Shown here: one piece after another, positions 20,997 through 29,283 of the stretch
Layout of the letters: every line of letters begins with the position of its first letter
How positions within the stretch are numbered: the stretch's first letter is position 1
Made by a program: the position numbers and the translations under genes
The notes under the pieces: generated by a model
What the model was told of the DNA's origin: nothing
Database searches by the model: none
Seen by the model: only the letters and a program-made list of their open reading frames with translations
Source: Stenotrophomonas sp.
GTDB taxonomy: Bacteria; Pseudomonadota; Gammaproteobacteria; Xanthomonadales; Xanthomonadaceae
Assembly (NCBI RefSeq): GCF_032099025.1
Contig: NZ_DAMCID010000016.1
Coordinates: forward strand, 37,472-101,471
Reading direction: 5' to 3'
DNA: 64,000 nucleotides

Positions 20997-21773
20997 TTAC
21001 GGCGTCAGCGCCTGCTGGATCGAGGCTTCCGCCAGCGGCGCCATGCGCGCATAGCCTGCCGGGGTGGGATGCACGCCGTCCTTGGCCAGCGCGGGATCCA
21101 GGCCACCTTCGGCATTGGCCATCGCGGCGTGATAGTCCAGCCACACCAGCGACTGCTGCTGCGCATAGGCGTGCAATGCCGTGTTCAATGCGCGCACTTT
21201 CTCCGCCGGCTGCACGCCGGGGCGCCAGGGATAGTCGCTGACGGGCAATACCGAGCTGAGCACCACCGCGATGCCGTGCGCCTTGGCCAGCTCCACCATC
21301 GCATGCAGGTTGTCTTCGATCATGCCCTGCGTGGCCGCACCGGTATTTCCGGCGATGTCGTTGGTGCCGGCGAGAATGACCACCACCGCCGGCTTGAGCG
21401 CGATCACGTCCTGGCGGAAGCGCACCAGCATCTGCGCAGTGGTCTGCCCGCTGATGCCGCGGTTGATGTAGCCCTTGCCGGCAAAGAACCTGTCGCTGCC
21501 AGTAGGCCCCCAGCCTTCGGTGATCGAGTCGCCGAAGAACACGACACGCGACTTCCCGGCAACCGCCGGTGGCAGCGTGGCATTCTCGCTACGGTAGCGC
21601 TGCAGTTGCGGCCAGTCGGCCAGACGCTGCTGCATCTGGCGCACCTGGTCGGGTGTGACCTGCTCGACCGGCTTGGTCATCAGCGGATCCACTGCCGGTT
21701 CCGCTGCGGTGCCAGCGGCTGGCACGGCGAGTGCCAGGGCGATGAGAAACGTGAGGCGGTGGTGACGTGACAT
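20997..21773 (-). CDS. SGNH/GDSL hydrolase, exported
   Basis: FFGDSITE (block I), NRGISGQT (II), GTND (III), DGVHP (V); signal peptide from ATG 21773. Confidence 0.9.
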   Translation of the reverse strand: MSRHHRLTFLIALALAVPAAGTAAEPAVDPLMTKPVEQVTPDQVRQMQQRLADWPQLQRYRSENATLPPAVAGKSRVVFFGDSITEGWGPTGSDRFFAGKGYINRGISGQTTAQMLVRFRQDVIALKPAVVVILAGTNDIAGNTGAATQGMIEDNLHAMVELAKAHGIAVVLSSVLPVSDYPWRPGVQPAEKVRALNTALHAYAQQQSLVWLDYHAAMANAEGGLDPALAKDGVHPTPAGYARMAPLAEASIQQALTP

Positions 21774-21786
21774 GCGTGCGACTCCG

Positions 21787-24159
21787 TTAGTGCGGTCCAT
21801 ACGAAGGCGGCAGCGTTGCCGCACCCCACTGCGCGTTCTTTTCCGTACCCAGCTCGAATTCCAGGGTGCCGCCCTTCTGCACGAGGCTGGCGGGCAACCA
21901 GCTGGCATCGCTGGGCGTGCCGTTCACCCGCAGCGACTGCACGTATGGCGCGTCCATCGCCGCACCAGCGGCCTTGATGGTGAGCGTGGCGCCCGGGCGC
22001 TGGATCACCGCTTCGCGGAACAGCGGGCTGCCGATCACCAGGTCGGCGCGGCCGGGGTACATCGGGTACAGCCCCAGTGCGGACCACACATACCACGACG
22101 ACATCTGCCCCAGATCGTCATTGCCGGGCATGCCTTCGGGCGCGTTGGTCCAGATCTGGCGCATCGCCTGGCGCACGGTCTCCTGCGTCTTCCACGGCTG
22201 GCCGACGAAGTTGTACAGCCACGGCGCGGCCACCGAGGGCTCGTTGTCCAGCTCGGCATGCAGCGGCCCGGACTTGGTGACCGCCCACTCGCCGTTGTCC
22301 TTGCGGAAGAACGCATCCAGCCGCTGGATCGCCGCGTCACGGCCACCCAGCGTTTCAATCAGGCCGGCCGGATCGAACGGCACCATCCACAGGTACTGCG
22401 CGCCGCTGCCTTCGACGAACTCCTCGTCCGACGCCGGATCGAACACCGGCCAGCTGCCATCGGCGTTGCGCGGCTGGATGTAACCGGCCTTCGCGGTCGC
22501 CTTGGGGTTGTACAGGTTGCGCCACCAGCCCGAGCGCTCACGGAACAGCGCCGCGCCCTTGGCATCACCGGCCGCCTGCGCCAGCTCGGCCAGGCCGAAG
22601 TCGGCGGCCGCCATCTCCAGCGTGTCCGACGCCATGCCCCAACCGGGCGCGCCTACCGGCATGTACTTCAGCGCCATCCACTGGTCCAGGCCCGGGCGCT
22701 GGCCCACGCACAACACTGGGCAACCGCGCCGGCTGAGGTCGCGCTCGGTCGGCACCGTGGCCGCCCGCTTGAGCGACGCGTAGGCCCGCTGCAGATCGAA
22801 GTTGCGCCCGCCGAAGGCGTGGATGGCGGCCACGGACGGCGGCGACGGATCGCCGTTCATCACGCCGGTGGCGCCGGTGAGATGCGTCCAGCGGTCCCAC
22901 ACCCCGCCGTTCTGGTCGGCCTGGTTGAGCAGCGACTGGGCGATATCCGAGCCCACCTGCGGGTGCAGCAGGGTGACCAGCTGCAGCTGCGAGCGGTACA
23001 CGTCCCAGCCGGAGTAGTTGGCGTACTGCGCGCGCTGACCCTTCGACAGTGCGTGTACCTTGCCGTCCATGCCGCGATAGCGGCCGTCGCCGTCACTGAA
23101 CAGATTCGGCGCCAGCAGCGTGTGGTACAGCGCGGTGTAGAACACGGTGCGTTCGTCCGGCGTTCCGCCTGCCACGCGCACCTGGCCCAGCGCCGTGTTC
23201 CATTCGGCGCGGGTGGCCGCCTGGGTCGCCGCCACCGTGGTGCCGGCCGGGCTTTCGCGGCGCAGGTTGGCGCGCGCGCCAGCCTCGTCCACGTAGGAAA
23301 TGCCGATGCGCGCGGTCACGGTCGGGCTGCGCGCGGGATCGAACTGGATCCAGCCGCCGGCGCCCTTGCCGGCCGGCGGGTGGCCCTGGGTGCCATAGCT
23401 GGTGCCACCGCCGCCTTCGCGGGCACCGACCTGCACGGTCTCATCGCGCCAGGTGCCGCCGACCTCGAAGGGCTGGTCGAACTCGGCGATGAAATGCAGC
23501 GTGTAGTAACTCTCTCGGCGGTCTTCGGCGAGATAGCCGCAGAAGTTGCCGGCGGTGACCGAGCCACGCACGGTGCGCGTGGCCGGGTCGATGATGATGC
23601 TCGAATCGGTGCTGCCGACTTCGCTGTCGGAGGTGCGGAACAGCAGGTTGGCGGGCTTGTTGGCCGGGAACTGGAACTGCCCCACCGCCGTGCGCGCGGT
23701 GGCGCCCAGGTCCACCACCACGCCGTTGTCGAGGGTGAGCTGGTACGCGCCGGGGCTGGCCGACTCGCGCCGATGGTCGAGCACGCTGGCATAGCGCAGG
23801 CCCGCCTCGACCGACGCGGGCGACAGCTCCACCTTGGTGGTCACCGGCATGATCGGGATATCGCCACTGGCCCCGGTGCAGCCGGTGCCCGATACATGGG
23901 TGAGGCTGAAGCCGCGCACGCCGTTGCCCCGCCACTCGTACCCACCGGGCGCGGCAATGGCGAAGCGTTTGCCGGGCAACGGGGTCATTTCCGGACTGAA
24001 GGCGACCATGCCGAACGGCACCGACGGACCGGGATAGACGTTGCCGGCGTTGGTGGTGCCGATGAAGGGATTGACCTCGGCGGCGAGGTCGGCGGCCTGC
24101 AGGGCGCAGGGCGCGGCGGTCAGGACAAGCGAAGCAGCAACCAGCATCGAACGGTGCAC
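21787..24159 (-). CDS. GH92 family glycoside hydrolase (putative alpha-1,2-mannosidase)
   Basis: VNPFIGT, GFSLTHVSGTGC, WDVYRS, NEPS, GNDDLGQMSSWYVWSALGLYP; GTG start with GGAG upstream. Confidence 0.92.
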   Translation of the reverse strand: MHRSMLVAASLVLTAAPCALQAADLAAEVNPFIGTTNAGNVYPGPSVPFGMVAFSPEMTPLPGKRFAIAAPGGYEWRGNGVRGFSLTHVSGTGCTGASGDIPIMPVTTKVELSPASVEAGLRYASVLDHRRESASPGAYQLTLDNGVVVDLGATARTAVGQFQFPANKPANLLFRTSDSEVGSTDSSIIIDPATRTVRGSVTAGNFCGYLAEDRRESYYTLHFIAEFDQPFEVGGTWRDETVQVGAREGGGGTSYGTQGHPPAGKGAGGWIQFDPARSPTVTARIGISYVDEAGARANLRRESPAGTTVAATQAATRAEWNTALGQVRVAGGTPDERTVFYTALYHTLLAPNLFSDGDGRYRGMDGKVHALSKGQRAQYANYSGWDVYRSQLQLVTLLHPQVGSDIAQSLLNQADQNGGVWDRWTHLTGATGVMNGDPSPPSVAAIHAFGGRNFDLQRAYASLKRAATVPTERDLSRRGCPVLCVGQRPGLDQWMALKYMPVGAPGWGMASDTLEMAAADFGLAELAQAAGDAKGAALFRERSGWWRNLYNPKATAKAGYIQPRNADGSWPVFDPASDEEFVEGSGAQYLWMVPFDPAGLIETLGGRDAAIQRLDAFFRKDNGEWAVTKSGPLHAELDNEPSVAAPWLYNFVGQPWKTQETVRQAMRQIWTNAPEGMPGNDDLGQMSSWYVWSALGLYPMYPGRADLVIGSPLFREAVIQRPGATLTIKAAGAAMDAPYVQSLRVNGTPSDASWLPASLVQKGGTLEFELGTEKNAQWGAATLPPSYGPH

Positions 24160-24283
24160 TACGAACTCCCAAAGCGGAAAGGACGGGCCATCAACGTAGC
24201 GCCACGCCCTGCGTGGCTGGATCGATTGTATCGATCTAAACCCTGGTCGCAATGAGACGAATGGCACCCCTTGCACTATGCCT

Positions 24284-26554
24284 TCAGAACCCATCGAGGG
24301 TACGCAGCAGCGAACCGAAGGTGAGATAGAACGAATCGTGCCCGCCCTGGGCACGACCGTAGCCCAGGAACACCGGGCCAAGGAAGGTATCGGCACCGAC
24401 GAAGACGCTGCCGGCGGTTTGCATGCCATCGATGTTCACCTCGTCGCGCGTGGCCCAGAACCCGCCCCACTCCACGCTGCCGCCCACGTACAACGGAATG
24501 GTCAGCAGGGAATCGGCATGCGCCACGCGGCGGTAGTACATCACGCGCGCCAGCGCGGTCTGCGGCGCGAAGATGGCTTCTTCCGGGTAGCCGGACAGGT
24601 TGCCCAGCCCACCGAGGAACCCGTACGTGGCCAGCAGGTCATCACCGCCATGTGCGGACGACGCGCGCAGGCCGCCCAGCCAACGGCTCTCGCCCCGGGA
24701 CCAGGCGCCGTCCCACTGCAGCCGCGTGACCGCTGCCGGGTCCTCGGTACCCAGCGCGCCCAGATAGTGCTGGCGGGTCAACGACAGGCGTTGGCCGCGG
24801 CTGGGGAAGGCAGAGCTGTCGATGGAATCGTGGCGCAATTGCCAGCCGACACTGCCCATGTCGGCGCGGTAGTTGCCCAGCTCGGTGGGATTGCCCACGT
24901 CCAGCCGGGTGCGTTCCTGGCCGCGCTCAAGGAAGCTGGCGAACTCCCAGTCCGGATGCGGCGAGTACGCCCAGCGCAGGCCGCCGAACCACTGGCTGTA
25001 GCGGTACTGGGCCAGCGCCCCGCGGTTCAGCAACGCCAGGTCCAGATCGGTGGCGCGGTAGCGTGCATAGGTGGACAGCGCGTGGCGGCCACGGGCACCG
25101 AAGGGATGGTAGTACTCGGCAAAGGCCTCCTCGACCTCGCCCAGGCCGACGCGCAGCTTGAGTTCGGCGCCCTGCTCGCTCAGCCCGGTACGGGTGAACT
25201 CGCTGATCAGCTGATAGTTGCTGCTGCCATCGAAGTCATCGGACAGGCGCAGCGCGAAGTGCAGGAAGTCCGGCCCCCAGCGTTTGTCCTGCGGCGCCAC
25301 CACCACCCCCTGCTGCCCATCGCGGTCGTCCAGCCGCCATTGCACCTGCTCGTAGCGGCCCTCGCCGTAGGTCAGCGCCACCTGCCGTTCGATATGCGCC
25401 GGTGCCAGCGGCTGCCCCACCTGCGGCTGCAGGCGCTGTTCGATGTAGTGCGAGGTGCGCGTGCCGTCGCGCAGCACGTCCACGAAGGCCACGATCGGTG
25501 CCTCGTACGCGGGCGGCCGATGCAGCTGCTGGAAATCCGCGTAGCGCGCCGGGTCCACCTGGTAGCGTCGCACCGCCAGCACGTCGGCCTGCGCCGCCTG
25601 CTCGCCCACGCCCACCGCCTGCGGCGACCGGTTGAATTCCTGGCTGCCCATGTCGCCCAGTGGCGGGGTGATCAGCAGGTCCTGCGGGCCCAACGTGGCC
25701 AACTGCTCCTCCACCACGCGCTTCATCAGCACGCCGGCCATCTGGTGGCTGATCGCCAACGGCGAATCCAGGTGTTCCTCGGTCATGAGCGGCGTGCCCA
25801 CGCGGACCACGATCAGGCGCTGCGCACCCAGCCGGCGTGCCTCGTCGATGGGCAGGTTGTCGACCACTCCCCCATCCACCAGCAGATGGTCCTGGTAGCG
25901 GACCGGCGCGAAGACGCCCGGCACCGACATGCTGGCGCGGATGGCCAGCGCCAGGTCGCCTTCCGCGAACACCACCTTGTCGCCGGTGACGATGTCGGTG
26001 GCGATCGCGCGGAACGGAATCGGCAGCTGGTCGAAGTCGCGCACCTGCCAGGTTGGCAGCAGCAGGCGGCGCAGCAGCATCTCCAGTTTCTGGCCCTGGA
26101 TCAGCCCGCGCGGAAACGCGATCTTCCCGTCGCTGATGCCGACCTCGACACCGCCGAGCAGGCGCAGGTCGTCTTCCTTGCGCCGCATGCTGCGCTCGTT
26201 GCGGGGTGGCTTGTCGTGCAGCACCTCGGCCCAGTCGATGCGGTCGAGCACCGTCTCGATCTCATCGGCGGAGTACCCGGACGCGTACAGTCCACCGACC
26301 ACGGCGCCCATCGAGGTGCCGACGATGCAGTCGATGGGCACGCGCTCGCGTTCCAGCACCTTGAGCACGCCGATATGCGCCGCGCCGCGCGCGCCGCCCC
26401 CGCCGAGCACCAGGCAGGTGCGCGGGCGATCGGGGTTGGCGCTGGGGGATGACGGCTGCGCCGAGGCCGCCAGCGGCAGCACCAGCGCCGCCATGAGAAC
26501 CAGCAGGCTGGCCAGGCGCACGTTGCGGTACGGCGGGCGCGGGTCATCCTGCAT
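24284..26554 (-). CDS. Patatin-like phospholipase with POTRA and beta-barrel region (PlpD-like)
   Basis: GGGARGAAHIG, GTSMG and DGG motifs; C-terminal amphipathic beta-strands. Confidence 0.88.
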   Translation of the reverse strand: MQDDPRPPYRNVRLASLLVLMAALVLPLAASAQPSSPSANPDRPRTCLVLGGGGARGAAHIGVLKVLERERVPIDCIVGTSMGAVVGGLYASGYSADEIETVLDRIDWAEVLHDKPPRNERSMRRKEDDLRLLGGVEVGISDGKIAFPRGLIQGQKLEMLLRRLLLPTWQVRDFDQLPIPFRAIATDIVTGDKVVFAEGDLALAIRASMSVPGVFAPVRYQDHLLVDGGVVDNLPIDEARRLGAQRLIVVRVGTPLMTEEHLDSPLAISHQMAGVLMKRVVEEQLATLGPQDLLITPPLGDMGSQEFNRSPQAVGVGEQAAQADVLAVRRYQVDPARYADFQQLHRPPAYEAPIVAFVDVLRDGTRTSHYIEQRLQPQVGQPLAPAHIERQVALTYGEGRYEQVQWRLDDRDGQQGVVVAPQDKRWGPDFLHFALRLSDDFDGSSNYQLISEFTRTGLSEQGAELKLRVGLGEVEEAFAEYYHPFGARGRHALSTYARYRATDLDLALLNRGALAQYRYSQWFGGLRWAYSPHPDWEFASFLERGQERTRLDVGNPTELGNYRADMGSVGWQLRHDSIDSSAFPSRGQRLSLTRQHYLGALGTEDPAAVTRLQWDGAWSRGESRWLGGLRASSAHGGDDLLATYGFLGGLGNLSGYPEEAIFAPQTALARVMYYRRVAHADSLLTIPLYVGGSVEWGGFWATRDEVNIDGMQTAGSVFVGADTFLGPVFLGYGRAQGGHDSFYLTFGSLLRTLDGF

Positions 26555-26672
26555 GGCAGCTCTCCTTGCGGCGTTGTTTGACAGATGCCCCGCACTTTGC
26601 CTGCCGCACCGCCACACGTCCACAACCCGCGCAGGGACACGCCCTGCGTGTCCCCCGATCCAGCCGACGCGT

Positions 26673-26822
26673 TTACTTCGCGTTTTTGACGTACGTATCG
26701 AACCAGTTGAGCATTTCCGACACCAGCTGTTCGTTCGATTCCAGCGCCGTATACCAGTGCGGTTCGTTGGGCAGCATCACCAGGCGGGTGATGCCGCCGT
26801 TGCCACGGATAGCCTGGTAGAG
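26673..26822 (-). pseudogene. Displaced 3' fragment of the S9 peptidase gene (left direct repeat)
   Basis: 26680-26822 matches 29291-29433 at 142 of 143 nt; encodes LYQAIRGNGG...FDTYVKNAK*. Confidence 0.9.
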
Positions 26823-26859
26823 ATTACGCACCCAAAGAGGATGGCGATCGCACCGACCA

Positions 26860-27684
26860 CTAGCTTGCGGCGGCGGGGTTTCTCGTCGTCGGATACCCGG
26901 AAAGCCAGCTTTCATAATTTTCTTTACTTGGGATGAGCCCGCTCTCCTTGAGCAAACTCAAGTCTGCGGCGAGGGCACGCGGGGCGGATCTGTCGATCTT
27001 CCGTAGCTTAGCCGCAACGTTGGCTGCATGCTCCAGCAGATCTTCGACCAGCTCGACGACGAAAAATGCCAGGTCATCCGTATAAAGCTTGAGGGCCTCC
27101 ATACTGGTCTTGAACATAAGATTGGATCCACCCTCTTTATCGGGGAAACCAAAATAAATGCGCATCTTCTCCTCCAAACCAGCGCTCGAACTGCGGAGCT
27201 CCTCGATAACTCTGTAACGATGCTCCAGCGCGACCTGATGCTCGACCAAGGTCTGCTCAAGCATCGCAGTGAGAGCCAGTGCCCTACCTGGCATCATTTG
27301 ACCAGCCATTACCAAGCCATTTAGTCCATCAATGGGCAACTTCAATGGCGAAAGGTGAAGCATGTTGAATTTCACTTTCACCTGCTGACCTGAATGCGAC
27401 CGCTCGTATAGGTGAGCCTCTAATTCTCGCCGAGACAGCTCAAACTCATCAAAGAGTGGGACAACATGCTGCTTCTTCAGAGAGTAAATTGCATCCAAAG
27501 CAGTCATCCCGAGAACAACCGCCGCGTTTGCCTGCCTCAAGGCATCTCCCAGCTCCTTCTTCCTCGCTGCACGCGCTGTCGCCAAGCCAGCCCCCCAAGC
27601 ACCGAATGCTGCACCAGCAAGCGCAGAGACTGATGCACTCACGAAAGAAGAATTTAGAAAGTCCATCACAGTCACCACACCCAT
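26860..27684 (-). CDS. Hypothetical protein with an N-terminal TM helix (islet cargo)
   Basis: Open frame with FVSASVSALAGAAFGAWGAGLA hydrophobic segment then a helical body; start at 27684 or 27666. Confidence 0.7.
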   Translation of the reverse strand: MGVVTVMDFLNSSFVSASVSALAGAAFGAWGAGLATARAARKKELGDALRQANAAVVLGMTALDAIYSLKKQHVVPLFDEFELSRRELEAHLYERSHSGQQVKVKFNMLHLSPLKLPIDGLNGLVMAGQMMPGRALALTAMLEQTLVEHQVALEHRYRVIEELRSSSAGLEEKMRIYFGFPDKEGGSNLMFKTSMEALKLYTDDLAFFVVELVEDLLEHAANVAAKLRKIDRSAPRALAADLSLLKESGLIPSKENYESWLSGYPTTRNPAAAS

Positions 27685-28004
27685 CTCTACACCCCCATCC
27701 AATTCAAGTTGCAGCGCAGACCCACAGACGGAGAAACTCTTCGCCAAGATTTTCAATCGCATATCGAGGAAGGCCAAGCATGCGCATCAAGAACTGGAAC
27801 TCAATTGAGTTCCGTCCTTCGTAAAGTATCAAAATGGTAAATCCCGTCATTTGTACCCTGGCAGCCAATCGACTCCATAAAGCGTGCATGAGCCTGATCG
27901 CCCCCCACCACCCGCGGCCAATGAAGCGGTTCGTTGCTTGTAGCAGACCCTCAACCCGATCTACCCGCCAAACGCCCAGTGGCTCCACGAAGAGCACACC
28001 TTGA

Positions 28005-29126
28005 CTAGTACTCGTCGGGGCCACCCAAATCCATTTCAACCTCTCCAACATCTACTGATATTCGCGGCTCAATCAGCTCAACCTCCACAACCGATAACTC
28101 GCCATTTTCGACGTTGTCATACTCAAAGTGAACAAGGCAAGCAATAACCACGCTTTCATCATGGAGCAGTTCCGTGGAACCCATGGAAATATAGTCACGA
28201 TCAACCGAATCATACACTTCAAATGTGAAGTTCACGACCAGACCCAAATCTACCTCAACGTCGACGCGCATCACAAACTGCTCGAAATCCGCACCAATTA
28301 ACTCACAAGCCGAGCTTGAAAGATCAGATACATTCGCGCTCAACGACACCTCCGCTACTTCATAATCGAAATGATGGTAGCTGTGCGCCTGAACGTCAAT
28401 ATCAGCACTGATCACACGATCCGAGAGCATTCTTTCAAAGTCGACAAATCCGATAGAACTAAGATTTGCTATCGCGCGCTGCAGCAGCATCGGCTGAGCA
28501 ACCTGCAACGCACCAATAACATCAGCCAACGAGGGTGCACTGTGGACGCGACCACTCGTATCACAGTATTCATGCCACCCTTTGTCATCCGATATCACTA
28601 CGACAGTTGTCAGGCTCCTCTCTGCCCAACCAGCAAGAGCGCTCAACGCAAAGGCATCCGGAAATTCAGACTTCTTCCTTGCCTCGAAAGGCGCGGACTC
28701 GGAAGCAAATCTTTGAATAACATCCTCAAGATTCGCAAAATCCGACACCTTTATTCGCTTCCCGTTAACGCTGTCAACGAAGGCATCCATCCTGCCCTTT
28801 GCAAACAAATCGAAATCATCAACCCTTTCCAAAATTTGATCAGCACTTTGCCCAATTAAACCCAATGCATCTGCCACTCTGAGGCTTTTCCTGAGCGGCC
28901 CTATTGCCTCCTGCGCCTTAGCAGCCATATGTCGAACAATCTCCGACTCGATGACATCGGGAACTAGTAACGATATTCCAGATTCTCGAAGTCCAATCAG
29001 CTGCGACAGTATGCCCCTATGAAAGGCGAAGCTCTGTGCTTCGAACACATTTGTGTCGATACAGATCGCCGCAACTTCATTTTGCGCAATTGATTGACGC
29101 AACCCTGCTTTGTCCAACTGTCCCAT
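28005..29126 (-). CDS. PIN-domain protein (DUF4935-like) with acidic C-terminal domain
   Basis: ICIDTNVF, VIESEI, EFPDAFAL and VVISDDKGW supply the PIN acidic tetrad. Confidence 0.8.
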   Translation of the reverse strand: MGQLDKAGLRQSIAQNEVAAICIDTNVFEAQSFAFHRGILSQLIGLRESGISLLVPDVIESEIVRHMAAKAQEAIGPLRKSLRVADALGLIGQSADQILERVDDFDLFAKGRMDAFVDSVNGKRIKVSDFANLEDVIQRFASESAPFEARKKSEFPDAFALSALAGWAERSLTTVVVISDDKGWHEYCDTSGRVHSAPSLADVIGALQVAQPMLLQRAIANLSSIGFVDFERMLSDRVISADIDVQAHSYHHFDYEVAEVSLSANVSDLSSSACELIGADFEQFVMRVDVEVDLGLVVNFTFEVYDSVDRDYISMGSTELLHDESVVIACLVHFEYDNVENGELSVVEVELIEPRISVDVGEVEMDLGGPDEY

Positions 29127-29283
29127 AGTGACCCCAAGAATACCCAACTCACCGTTTTAACCAGTTCAAACGCCAATCGATTGAATACGTAGCGAACGCG
29201 ATTACTATTAGTACAACATCGTGGGCGGCCTATGTCACAGGGTCGTCAACATCTTCCCCAGCCAATACAAGACCATCACGATT

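Noticed and set aside
26673..26915. 80-aa ORF as an independent gene
   Set aside because: It is a chimera of islet sequence and the duplicated peptidase 3' end, and overlaps the stop of the 26860 gene.
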